The notes beneath the pieces are model-generated. The model was not told where the DNA came from. It saw nothing but the letters and a program-made list of their open reading frames with translations, and did no database searches. 64,000 nucleotides of DNA from Armatimonadota bacterium (GTDB lineage Bacteria > Vulcanimicrobiota > JACPDS01 > JBDRKI01), in NCBI GenBank assembly GCA_043814095.1, contig JBDRKI010000099.1:1-64000 (forward strand). The letters run 5' to 3'. A program made the translations under genes and the position numbers. Below, one piece after another: positions 9,394 through 18,821 of the stretch (position 1 is the stretch's first letter; every line of letters begins with the position of its first letter).

Positions 9394-11064
9394 ATGGACA
9401 AAACAATGCTCGCGGTAAAATACAAAGAAAATGATTATACCTTTCCTAAAGGGACTAAATTCATTGAGATAAAAAACAAACTGAAAGCGGAATTAAAATA
9501 TCCCATAATCGCCTTAAGGGTCAATAACATCATAAAAGAGCTTAATGATCACCTGGAAGAAGACTGCGCGATTGAATTTGTTGACATATCGGACGATGAC
9601 GGCATAAGAATCTACCAGAGAGGGCTTTGTTTCGTGCTTGTAAGAGCCGCTCAGGAAGTATTCCCCGATTCAAAAGCATATATAGACCACTCCTTAAGCA
9701 GAGGACTGTACTGTGAGATAAAAAACTCGCGCCCTATTTTAAAAGAAGGACTAAGACAGGTTGAAGAACGCATGCGTGAAATAATAGAAAATGACGAACC
9801 TTTCGTAAAAGAAAAGCTCGCGAAAAAAGACGCCGTTGAGCTCTTTGAAATGGAAGGCATGTCCGAAAAAGTCAGTCTTTTAAAGAACCTGAAGAAAGAA
9901 TTTTTCTTTATTTACTACTGCGGCTGGCTCGTGGATTATTTTTACGGGTACATGCCACCGTCAACCGGGATATTAAAAACTTTTGAGCTTATGTACTACC
10001 CTCCCGGCCTTATACTGAGATTTCCCGAAAAATCAAACCCTCTTCTTCTTCCGGAATTTATTGACAATCCGAAACTTGCCAGTGTTTTCCATGAATACAA
10101 AGAATGGAGCCAGATCCTGGAAGTGCCCGACGTGGGGGCATTAAATAATATAATAGAATCAGGAGAAATAAACGACCTTATAAGGGTGGCGGAAGCCCTT
10201 CAGGAGAAAAAAATAGCACAGATAGCGGACATGGTAACAAAGAACATAAGAAGCCTGAGATTAGTGCTTATCGCCGGACCGTCAAGTTCGGGCAAAACCA
10301 CTTTCGCGCAGAGGCTTGCCGTTCAATTAAGAGTGAACGGATTAAAGCCGGTAGCCATATCCCTTGATGATTATTTCGTAAACAGGGAAGATACCCCGCG
10401 CGATGAAGACGGCAATTTTGATTTTGAAAACATCAACGCCCTTGACCTTGAACTCTTTAATGATAACATAAACCGGTTGATATACGGGGAAGAGGTGGAA
10501 ATCCCCAGATTTGATTTTACCGTCGGGAAAAGAAAGCCCCAGGGCAAAAAGCTTAAGATTACGCCCGAACACCTGCTTATAGTTGAAGGAATACACGGCC
10601 TTAACGAAAAACTTACCGAAAGCGTGTCTAAATCCAATAAATATAAAATTTACATAAGCGCATTAACACAGCTTAACCTTGACGAACACAACAGGATACC
10701 CACAACGGACTCGCGCCTCTTAAGAAGGATTGTAAGGGATTACCAGTTCAGGAACCACAGCGCTCTCGATACAATAAAAATGTGGCAGAGCGTAAGAAAA
10801 GGCGAAGACAAAAACATATTCCCCTTCCAGGAAGAAGCCGATGTAATGTTTAACTCCGCCCTTATATATGAACTGGCGGTTCTTAAGGATTTCGCCAAAA
10901 CCCAGCTTGAGATGATAAACCAGAATCTGCCGGAATTCGCCGAGGCAAGGCGCCTTCTGACTTTCTTAGAATACTTCATAGGCGTAGGCACCGATGAGAT
11001 ACCCACCAACTCAATATTAAGGGAATTCATAGGCGCAACCTGCTTCTTTAAAACGGATTTATAA
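9394..11064 (+). CDS. Nucleoside (uridine) kinase with N-terminal ThrRS-like TGS/editing domains
   Basis: N-terminus resembles ThrRS N1/N2; C-terminus has the P-loop AGPSSSGKTT plus SLDDYF, EGIHGLN and RLLRRIVRD. Confidence 0.88.
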   Translation: MDKTMLAVKYKENDYTFPKGTKFIEIKNKLKAELKYPIIALRVNNIIKELNDHLEEDCAIEFVDISDDDGIRIYQRGLCFVLVRAAQEVFPDSKAYIDHSLSRGLYCEIKNSRPILKEGLRQVEERMREIIENDEPFVKEKLAKKDAVELFEMEGMSEKVSLLKNLKKEFFFIYYCGWLVDYFYGYMPPSTGILKTFELMYYPPGLILRFPEKSNPLLLPEFIDNPKLASVFHEYKEWSQILEVPDVGALNNIIESGEINDLIRVAEALQEKKIAQIADMVTKNIRSLRLVLIAGPSSSGKTTFAQRLAVQLRVNGLKPVAISLDDYFVNREDTPRDEDGNFDFENINALDLELFNDNINRLIYGEEVEIPRFDFTVGKRKPQGKKLKITPEHLLIVEGIHGLNEKLTESVSKSNKYKIYISALTQLNLDEHNRIPTTDSRLLRRIVRDYQFRNHSALDTIKMWQSVRKGEDKNIFPFQEEADVMFNSALIYELAVLKDFAKTQLEMINQNLPEFAEARRLLTFLEYFIGVGTDEIPTNSILREFIGATCFFKTDL

Positions 11065-11110
11065 TAGACAATTTTCCTTGTTTTTAAGGATTTTCTGTTT
11101 GAGTGGTAAA

Positions 11111-11166
11111 TGTTAACATTTTGTTAACATTTTTGTAATATTTTGTTAATATACTTTTACTATAAT
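11111..11166 (+). promoter_or_regulatory. Four 11-bp-period direct repeats (Pho-box-like) followed by a -10 TATAAT
   Basis: TGTTAACATTT / TGTTAACATTT / TTGTAATATTT / TGTTAATATAC at 11111-11154; TATAAT at 11161-11166. Confidence 0.6.
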
Positions 11167-11201
11167 ATAAATAAGGGAAATGCTATTATTTGGGGGTTGT
11201 T

Positions 11202-12089
11202 ATGTCCTATGAACAGAAACCTGTAAACGTAAAAGACGTTATGTATGATCTCTTCAGTGAAAAAGAAGTAAGGTACGATAAATACAGAGCGCTTGCCGAA
11301 CATCTTTCAGATCCGGAGAAAATTAATTTTACCGAAAAAATACTTGCTAAAACATACGTAAATTCTCTTATCAGAACATTTAATATCCTCGCGGGCTGTA
11401 AGCACAGGTTATTCAGATCCGTTGAAAAAAACTCAACAAAAATAACTGATGCATGTAATGACCTTCTCGGTAAAGAAAAATACGCGGACGCTCTTGGTTT
11501 AATGTATTCTGCTTTAAAATATAATACGGGGCTTGATAAAAATTATAAGGTGATGGTTGATAATATAATTAAAAAAGACTCGCCAGAAAAGAAAGAAGCT
11601 TCTGAAATAAAAGAAAAAGAAGTTAGTAAAAATGAAACAGAAAAATCCATCTCTGAAGAATCTAAGAAAACAGACAGTTCTTTTAATTTAAAGAAATTCA
11701 ATTCAGAACCTGCCTCCTTAAAAACCATTGATTCAAAAGAATTTGAGATCATAGAAGGAACTTATAAAAAATATAAAAGGTTTATGAAAAGCATCTGGGG
11801 AGTATATTTTGAGAAAAAAGATATAATAACCGGAAAGAAAAAGACAACAGACGTAAAAATAAAGATAGACGCTCACCCCGTAAAAGGAAAAGACGAAAAC
11901 GGGGATTATATTGAATACAGGGCAACACGCACAGATACCGAAAAAGGGAGAAAAGGAATAATTAAGACAACAACAACTAAAAAAGTATTCAGAAAATATA
12001 CCACCGGTGAAGTCGCATCAAAGGAAACACACCGTAAAACAATAGGCAGGAACTTCGTATCCGAAACTTTTGAAGAAAAACTTAAATAG
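11202..12089 (+). CDS. Hypothetical Lys/Glu-rich protein
   Basis: ORF track 11190..12089; ATG at 11202 follows a GGGGG SD; no family recognised and no signal peptide. Confidence 0.7.
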   Translation: MSYEQKPVNVKDVMYDLFSEKEVRYDKYRALAEHLSDPEKINFTEKILAKTYVNSLIRTFNILAGCKHRLFRSVEKNSTKITDACNDLLGKEKYADALGLMYSALKYNTGLDKNYKVMVDNIIKKDSPEKKEASEIKEKEVSKNETEKSISEESKKTDSSFNLKKFNSEPASLKTIDSKEFEIIEGTYKKYKRFMKSIWGVYFEKKDIITGKKKTTDVKIKIDAHPVKGKDENGDYIEYRATRTDTEKGRKGIIKTTTTKKVFRKYTTGEVASKETHRKTIGRNFVSETFEEKLK

Positions 12090-12092
12090 ATA

Positions 12093-12707
12093 CTATATCA
12101 TATCTTTTATCCAGGAAAGGTCGCCCTTTCCTTCTCTTATTATTCTGGGAATTTCTTCTGTTAAATCTATTATTGAGGAATATGCGGCGTATAAAAGACC
12201 TGTGTCAATCACGGCGTCAAGCCCGTGCCCGAAGCGCTCGTTAATATACCCCGGGTCCGAAAGTATATGGTCTTCGGCAACGCCCGCGCTTGTGTTTATT
12301 ATGGGGTTCCCCAGTTTCTCAACAAGCTCAAGACAGATATCGTTATCGGGCACCCTTATACCTACTGTCTTTTTAGGATGCATAAGTATTCTCGGGGTAA
12401 GTTTCGTGGAATTTAAAATAAAGGTGTAGGGGCCGGGCAGAAGTTCTTTCATTATCTTGTAGGCGTTATTGGAAAGCATCGCGTATTTCGCAACCTGCCC
12501 TATATCAGAGCATATGAATGTAAGAGGTTTATTTTTTTTGAAATTCTTAAGCGTGTATATCTTCTCTATGGCCTGATGTGAATGTATGTCGCACCCGATA
12601 CCGTAAACGGTATCGGTGGGATAGCATATCACCCCGCCTTTTTTTAACATATCAACGGCGATATTTATAAGCTTTTCTTTCGGATAATCTTTATCAAAAT
12701 AGAGCAT
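12093..12707 (-). CDS. Sua5/YciO/YrdC family protein (threonylcarbamoyl-AMP synthase-like)
   Basis: YPTDTVYGIGC, PGPYTFIL, TVGIRVP and NTSA motifs; single-domain, YciO-like size. Confidence 0.9.
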   Translation of the reverse strand: MLYFDKDYPKEKLINIAVDMLKKGGVICYPTDTVYGIGCDIHSHQAIEKIYTLKNFKKNKPLTFICSDIGQVAKYAMLSNNAYKIMKELLPGPYTFILNSTKLTPRILMHPKKTVGIRVPDNDICLELVEKLGNPIINTSAGVAEDHILSDPGYINERFGHGLDAVIDTGLLYAAYSSIIDLTEEIPRIIREGKGDLSWIKDMI

Positions 12708-12714
12708 AATATTT

Positions 12715-12742
12715 ATTATAACTTTTACAAGATAAAAGTCAA
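12715..12742 (-). promoter_or_regulatory. Sigma-70/A promoter placed for a leaderless transcript of the Sua5/YciO gene
   Basis: TTGACT-16 bp-TATAAT, with only 7 nt between TATAAT and the ATG at 12707; no SD. Confidence 0.6.
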
Positions 12743-12818
12743 AAATTATTATTATTGAATTATTCCCTTAAGACAAAGGTAAATAAGTAAATTATATAGA
12801 ATCTTTTATATAATTTAT

Positions 12819-14222
12819 ATGAATGAAAAACAGAAAAAAACCTTAAAAATAATGCTTTTGATTCTTCTCGTTTTCATATTCCTTTTTAACTCATATTTTT
12901 TAATACCCGGAAAATACAGGAAAACCGCGGAAAAATACTTAGAATCGGCCGTTTACTTTCCTTCCGACCTCTTAAGTTTTTACGGCAAAACAATCGTGGT
13001 ATTCGCGCCCCACTGCGATGACGAAGTGCTGGGATGCGGCGGACTTATTAAAAAAGCGGTATCGGCCGGCGCAAAAGTGCACATTGTTCTTATTACAAAC
13101 GGGGAAGGTTTTAAATACGCCGTTGAAGCTAAATTTTTAAAAGTTACGCCGAGCGTTGAAAATTATATTGATTTCGCCCGTATAAGACAGAAAGAGAGCC
13201 TTTCCGCGTTAAAACATCTGGGGATTGACCCGAAAAATATTTTCTTTCTCGGGTATCCTGACAGGGGCATAGCAAGAATGTGGGAGACAAACTGGGGTAG
13301 GGATAACCCGTTTTACTCACCTTATACAAAAAACTACTCATCGCTTTATGAAAACAGCTTCACAAAAAACACCCCTTACTCAGGGGAGGCGCTTTTTTCC
13401 GATATAGAAAAAATACTTAAAATCACGGGTCCGGATATTATCTATATACCGCATACCATGGATGCACATCCCGATCACTGGGCCGCAAACTGCTTTATAA
13501 CCGCCGCGGTTGAGAAAGAAAAGCATGGCAAAAAACCGCGGGTGCTGGCTTACCTCGTGCACAGAGGAAATTGGCCTTATCCTTCCGGAATACACACGTC
13601 TCTTGCCTTAATACCTCCAAAAATCCTGCAGAAAACAGGCACCCAGTGGGAGATACTCCCCCTCGGGGAACTGGTTGCCCGAGAAAAACTTGCCGCTATA
13701 AAAGAATACAAAACACAGCTTCTCTTTATGAAAAACTACCTTTTTTCCTTCGCGAGAAAAAACGAGGTTTTCGGCGCCTATCCCGGAGTTAAAATTAAAA
13801 ACATGGAAACAAACATGACAGGGGAAATTGTAATAAAAAACCCTTCAGGCGATACAATGAAAAAAAAGACGGAGAAAGACTGCGCCATTGATAAAATATG
13901 CGCTTATAAATATAACGGAAACTTGTATATAACCGTTAAAACGGTAAAAAACATCTCCGGAAAAACAAGGATAACTTTGTTTTTGACCCTGTTTTACGGT
14001 GAGAATAAATTAAAAAGGAAAGAAATAACTTATGACTGCGGTATGCGAGAGAATAATGACGCGCTTAAAAGATTTACCGTGCTACGCAATAAAAATATGG
14101 CAACCTTTATAATCCCCCTTAAACAGATAAATAACCCCCGGAAAATATTTCTGGGGGCTAAGTCCTACAACGGCAAAAGCTTGGTTGACCGCACATCTTA
14201 CAGGATGCTTATTCTGGAATAA
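12819..14222 (+). CDS. PIG-L/LmbE family deacetylase, N-terminally membrane-anchored
   Basis: APHCDDE, TNGE, LGYPD and HPDH motifs; N-terminal TM helix; extra C-terminal beta-rich region. Confidence 0.88.
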   Translation: MNEKQKKTLKIMLLILLVFIFLFNSYFLIPGKYRKTAEKYLESAVYFPSDLLSFYGKTIVVFAPHCDDEVLGCGGLIKKAVSAGAKVHIVLITNGEGFKYAVEAKFLKVTPSVENYIDFARIRQKESLSALKHLGIDPKNIFFLGYPDRGIARMWETNWGRDNPFYSPYTKNYSSLYENSFTKNTPYSGEALFSDIEKILKITGPDIIYIPHTMDAHPDHWAANCFITAAVEKEKHGKKPRVLAYLVHRGNWPYPSGIHTSLALIPPKILQKTGTQWEILPLGELVAREKLAAIKEYKTQLLFMKNYLFSFARKNEVFGAYPGVKIKNMETNMTGEIVIKNPSGDTMKKKTEKDCAIDKICAYKYNGNLYITVKTVKNISGKTRITLFLTLFYGENKLKRKEITYDCGMRENNDALKRFTVLRNKNMATFIIPLKQINNPRKIFLGAKSYNGKSLVDRTSYRMLILE

Positions 14223-14225
14223 AAT

Positions 14226-15470
14226 TTATTTTACTTTTTTTAATCCTTTATCCAGTCTAATATCTTTCATTTTTTCTTCCTTCTCCAGCTTTTCCATTAT
14301 CTTTTTTGTGTCCCTTGCTATAACGAGCTCTTCGTTTGTGGGTATCACAAACACATTTACCTTGCCCGAGCTTATTAAGATATCATTCTTCTCGTTAAGC
14401 TTTTCATCCAGCTTAACACCCATAAATTCCAGGCCTTTTAATGTAAGGGTTCTGGTAATGGGCGATTTTTCGCCAACCCCTGCGGTAAATACTATTGCGT
14501 CCACGCCTCCCATAATAGCCGCGTACGCCCCTATATATTTCTGTATGCGGTGGCAGTATACCTCAAAAGCCACCTTGTGATGCGGGGTTCCTTCAAAATA
14601 CCCTTCTTCTATCTCTCTCATATCATTTGTAATCCCGCTTATGCCCTTGACTCCGCTTTTTTTGTTTAATACATCATCCATTTCGGCAGTGGTAAGCTTT
14701 TCGGAATCCATGATATAAAGGACAAGAGCCGGATCTATATCACCGCAGCGCGTGCCCATCACAAGGCCTTCTAATGGAGTAAAGCCCATTGATGTATCTA
14801 TTGATATGCCGTTTTTAACCGCTGCCATTGACGCGCCGTTGCCAAGGTGGCAGGTAATTATCTTGCACTGGTTATAATGTTTATTCATAAGCTCTGCCGC
14901 TTTATGGGATACATAATGATGGGAAGTACCGTGGAACCCGAATCTTCTCACGCCCAGCTTTGTATAATATTCATAAGGAAGCGCGTAAAGATAAGATTCT
15001 ACCGGCATCTTTGAGTGAAAAGCCGTGTCAAAAACAGCGACATTGGGAACATCGGGCATAAGCTCCTTACAGACTTCTATGCCCTTTAAATTATGCGGGT
15101 TGTGAAGGGGCGCAAATTTTATACAGTTTTTTATCTCTTTTATAACTTCATTGTTTACATATACCGAATCGGTAAATTTTTCACCGCCGTGAACCACCCT
15201 GTGGCCTATGCCTGAAAGTTCTTTTTTATCTTTTATGACACCGTACGATTTATTCGATATTGTCTCAAACACAAGGTTTATCGCTTTGTCGTGATCAAGT
15301 CTGCCGACTTCTTTTTTCATCCTATCTTTACCTGCCGGGTGATATCTTAAAACAGCGCTCTCCTGGCCTATGCATTCAATAAGACCCACAGCCAGAGAGC
15401 TCTCGGTTTTATAACTAAACACCTGAAACTTAACAGATGAACTCCCGCAGTTTAAAACAAGTATTTTCAT
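14226..15470 (-). CDS. ackA: Acetate kinase
   Basis: ILVLNCGSSSVK, GHRVVHGG, APLHNP, FDTAFH, HLGNGAS and PTNEELVIA motifs. Confidence 0.98.
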   Translation of the reverse strand: MKILVLNCGSSSVKFQVFSYKTESSLAVGLIECIGQESAVLRYHPAGKDRMKKEVGRLDHDKAINLVFETISNKSYGVIKDKKELSGIGHRVVHGGEKFTDSVYVNNEVIKEIKNCIKFAPLHNPHNLKGIEVCKELMPDVPNVAVFDTAFHSKMPVESYLYALPYEYYTKLGVRRFGFHGTSHHYVSHKAAELMNKHYNQCKIITCHLGNGASMAAVKNGISIDTSMGFTPLEGLVMGTRCGDIDPALVLYIMDSEKLTTAEMDDVLNKKSGVKGISGITNDMREIEEGYFEGTPHHKVAFEVYCHRIQKYIGAYAAIMGGVDAIVFTAGVGEKSPITRTLTLKGLEFMGVKLDEKLNEKNDILISSGKVNVFVIPTNEELVIARDTKKIMEKLEKEEKMKDIRLDKGLKKVK

Positions 15471-15484
15471 AACAGCCTCCGTTT

Positions 15485-16879
15485 TTAATTAAGAACGACG
15501 GTATCCCTGTATTCCGGAATATTAACTTCCCATTTATATTTTTTCTCTATTTTTTCTTTTAAAGATTCTATCGCCTTTTCTTCGCCGTGCACAAGAAAAA
15601 CCTTTGAAGGGTCGGATTCAAGATTAAAGAGCCAGTATAATATCTCTTCATAATCCGCATGGGCGGAGAAGCCGTTTATGACTTTTATCTTTGCTTCCAC
15701 CGGGAAAATCCGGCCGAATATCTTTATATTCTTCTCCCCCTCTAAAATTCTTCTCCCGCGGGTTCCCTCGGCCTGATACCCGCTGAAAAGTATCGTGTTT
15801 TTAGGGTCGCTTATGCGGTGAACAAGGTGATGCAGTATCCTGCCTCCCGTGCACATCCCGTCAGCGGATATAATAATATTCCCCGCGCCTAATTTATTCA
15901 GTTTTTTGGACTCTTCGTGCTTTCTCACGTAATGAAGGTTGTGGCAGAGTATGGGGGACTGCCCTTTATCTTCAAGCTTCTGCGTTTCTATATCATGGTA
16001 GTTTTTATACTTTAAAAATATTTTGGTCGCATTAATCGCCATGGGAGAATCAATATACACATTTGTCTTTTTGCTGATCCTTCCGGTATCCTGAAGCCTT
16101 TTAATATAATAAAGGATGGCCTGGGTCCTGCCCACAGAGAACGCGGGTATTAACAGAACGCCTCCGGCCGAGAAGGTATCATTAATGACTTTTTCCAGTT
16201 CAAACTCGTTGCTTTCCGAAGAATGAAGCCGGTTCCCGTAAGTTGATTCCAGAACAAGATAATCCGCTTTATATACCGGTGAGGGATTTTTTAATATAGG
16301 CACCTGGTAATGGCCGAGGTCTCCCGAGAAAATAATCCTTCTTACTTTCCCGTCATATCTTAATATAATCTCAAGTATCGCCGAACCGAGGAGATGCCCG
16401 GCATCCAGAAACTTAACCTGTATATTATCGGAAATTTTGTATACCTGATTATAATTTCTCGGCACAAAATACTTAAGGGATTCTTCAGCGTCTCTTACGG
16501 TATACAGGGGCATGGCAACTTCATATTTTGAAAACCCCTTTTTGTTGGCGTAAGCGGCGTATTCTTCCTGCAGGTGCGCCGAATCAAGAAGAAGGATCTG
16601 ACACAGGTCCACAGTGGGCTTTGTCGCCCATATCTGACCCTTAAATCCTTCTTTTGTGAATTTAGGTATATATCCCGTATGATCTATATGCGCGTGCGTA
16701 AGGATGCAGTAATCTATATCTGCGGGGTTAACGGGGAGTTTTTCCCAGTTCCTGCGCCTTAATTCCCTTAATCCCTGATACAAACCGCAGTCTATCAAAA
16801 TATTAACACGCCCGTCGGTTAAATAAAACTTGGATCCTGTAACTGTTTTGGTAGCGCCTAAAAATTGTAATCTAAACAT
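15485..16879 (-). CDS. MBL-fold beta-CASP metallo-hydrolase (RNA-processing family)
   Basis: THAHIDH, AGHLLGS, FSGDLG, ESTYG, GRTQ and FSAHAD motifs. Confidence 0.93.
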   Translation of the reverse strand: MFRLQFLGATKTVTGSKFYLTDGRVNILIDCGLYQGLRELRRRNWEKLPVNPADIDYCILTHAHIDHTGYIPKFTKEGFKGQIWATKPTVDLCQILLLDSAHLQEEYAAYANKKGFSKYEVAMPLYTVRDAEESLKYFVPRNYNQVYKISDNIQVKFLDAGHLLGSAILEIILRYDGKVRRIIFSGDLGHYQVPILKNPSPVYKADYLVLESTYGNRLHSSESNEFELEKVINDTFSAGGVLLIPAFSVGRTQAILYYIKRLQDTGRISKKTNVYIDSPMAINATKIFLKYKNYHDIETQKLEDKGQSPILCHNLHYVRKHEESKKLNKLGAGNIIISADGMCTGGRILHHLVHRISDPKNTILFSGYQAEGTRGRRILEGEKNIKIFGRIFPVEAKIKVINGFSAHADYEEILYWLFNLESDPSKVFLVHGEEKAIESLKEKIEKKYKWEVNIPEYRDTVVLN

Positions 16880-18047
16880 TTATCTCCTGAATAACTTTCT
16901 GGGCTATTTTTTTTGCCCCGCCCGGCGGGCCCATTCTCTCACGCCCTATTTTGGCCATATATTCGTATTTCGCGGGATTTTCTAAAATAGAAATTACTTC
17001 ACCTGCAATCTTAACCGGATCTTTATCAACAACGCTTAAAGCGTCCCCTAAAAGCCCTTTTTGGCGAAGCCTGTACCACCCGAGATTGCCGTCCGGCGTC
17101 TTTTCGGAAAACGCGACAACGGGTTTTCCCAGCCCTACCGCCTGTTCGTTCGCCGTGCCGGCCTGGCCCATAATAATATGGGCCCTGGTTATTATATCCC
17201 CGAAAATACCCCGTGTAAGATACACTGTGGAATTTCCCTTTTTCAGCTCCCCGACAATGCCTTTTGTGTAATTTGTCGGAGTAAGCTCCCATCCCAGACT
17301 TATAGATGGCGCCACCATATCTCCCATATCAACCGAAGAAGCAAGCGCCGTGAAGTATTTTACATCCCAGTTAACTTTTTTGCCCAATACTTCAACCGCC
17401 TGAAGAATCATTGAAAAATCTTTATACACATCTTCGCGGCTCCCAGGAAGTATGCCCACGACAACCTGCGGGTACTGTGTTCCCATGTTGCAGTCAACAG
17501 GATTTATGCAGTCCATCATGACATTCCCCGCAAAAACCGCGTTAATGCCGTAATCCCGCAGATCCGAAGCTGTAACCTCATCCCTGGGAAAAACAGTATC
17601 GCAGTATTTTTTAAAAAGTTTTTTTTCTTTATCCGAATAAGGACAGAAATAATTTGATTTTGCCGTCCCCACAAAAATTTGTTTTCTTTTTGTAAAAAAA
17701 GAATTTAAAATAACCGGGTAAGAATCACCCACTGACAATGAAAGATCTGTTTTTGAACGTATTTTTAATATTGAATTTATCTGCCCGAATGTCAAGCCTA
17801 TAAGCCCGGCTTTTACATCGTTAAAAAGCATCTTTGCGTGATTGGAAGGCACTAGCCCCCCGCTCGGCATAAGTTTGGTAGGACCGAGTTTTTTTACATC
17901 AACATTATTATAGGCATGCCCCTTGCCCACAAGGGGTAAGGCATATACGGTAATCCCCTGATCCGCTTTTTTAATCTCTGAAATTACTTGGGCGGCTATC
18001 TCGTCTTCGCCGTAGCCGTTGCTTAATACCAAAATATTCTTATCCAT
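16872..18047 (-). CDS. Lipid-A-disaccharide synthase-related GT-B glycosyltransferase (TIGR03492-like)
   Basis: LSNGYGED, LPLVGKG, PSGG, GNVMMD, LPGSR, AGTANEQAVGLGKP and RMGPPGGA motifs. Confidence 0.85.
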   Translation of the reverse strand: MDKNILVLSNGYGEDEIAAQVISEIKKADQGITVYALPLVGKGHAYNNVDVKKLGPTKLMPSGGLVPSNHAKMLFNDVKAGLIGLTFGQINSILKIRSKTDLSLSVGDSYPVILNSFFTKRKQIFVGTAKSNYFCPYSDKEKKLFKKYCDTVFPRDEVTASDLRDYGINAVFAGNVMMDCINPVDCNMGTQYPQVVVGILPGSREDVYKDFSMILQAVEVLGKKVNWDVKYFTALASSVDMGDMVAPSISLGWELTPTNYTKGIVGELKKGNSTVYLTRGIFGDIITRAHIIMGQAGTANEQAVGLGKPVVAFSEKTPDGNLGWYRLRQKGLLGDALSVVDKDPVKIAGEVISILENPAKYEYMAKIGRERMGPPGGAKKIAQKVIQEINV

Positions 18048-18056
18048 AAAACACCC

Positions 18057-18821
18057 TTATAATTTTATAAGTTCGGTGGTTTCTATATCAAATTTTTTAC
18101 TTCCCGGTTCTTTGCCCTTTTCTTTTTTATATACATTTAAATTTATCTTTGTTATATACCTTCCGTGGCTGCCGGAATAAAAAATAAAGCTGTTCCCTGC
18201 CGCTACCGGCTCTTTTAGCGCTTTATGGTCATGCCCTCCTAAAAAGATAAGGCTCTCTTGAAGGCTTTCCGCGATCTTTATGCATCTTTCGTATTCAAGA
18301 TGCATAAGCACGATTATAATGTCTGCTTTATCTTTTATCTCCTCGATTACATCTTTAAGAGATATTATATAATCCGTAAATTCAAATCCCGATAAGTTTT
18401 TCAAAAAAGAGCCCGGACCATACTGCCGGGGGGTTATCCCCGTTACGGCTATGTTTACCCCGTTTAAGTTCTTAATAATATACCGTTTTATAAGATTTTC
18501 ATTTTTCAGGTCTTTCAGGTTGGCGGAAACAAAAGGCATTTCTGTCTGTTTTACCCTGTTTTTAAAAATACTTCTCAGGTAATGAAACTCCCTGTTTCCC
18601 ACAGCCACCGCATCATAGCCCGCGTCACGCATTTTATCCAGTATATCTTCTCTTTTTTTAAAAACAGTTGAGCTTCCCCATATCGCGTCTCCGGAATCCA
18701 GAAGCAGGCTGTTCTGCCTGTTTATGGGGAGCTGTTCCAGATAAGGAAAAACCGCCCTCTCATTATGCAGATCGGTTGTGTGATAAATTAAAATCTTTTC
18801 ACCTGCCATATCCCGTTCCAT
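18057..18821 (-). CDS. Calcineurin-like metallophosphoesterase (5'-nucleotidase/UshA N-terminal domain only); candidate UDP-diacylglucosamine hydrolase
   Basis: HTTDLH, DSGD, GNREF, FVSAN, LMH and GGHDH motifs; no signal peptide and no C-terminal domain; alternative start at 18809. Confidence 0.8.
   Translation of the reverse strand: MERDMAGEKILIYHTTDLHNERAVFPYLEQLPINRQNSLLLDSGDAIWGSSTVFKKREDILDKMRDAGYDAVAVGNREFHYLRSIFKNRVKQTEMPFVSANLKDLKNENLIKRYIIKNLNGVNIAVTGITPRQYGPGSFLKNLSGFEFTDYIISLKDVIEEIKDKADIIIVLMHLEYERCIKIAESLQESLIFLGGHDHKALKEPVAAGNSFIFYSGSHGRYITKINLNVYKKEKGKEPGSKKFDIETTELIKL

Noticed and set aside
11108-11154. Tandem repeats considered as CRISPR or iterons
   Set aside because: The 11-bp units have no spacers and no cas or rep gene is nearby; a regulator-binding array fits better.
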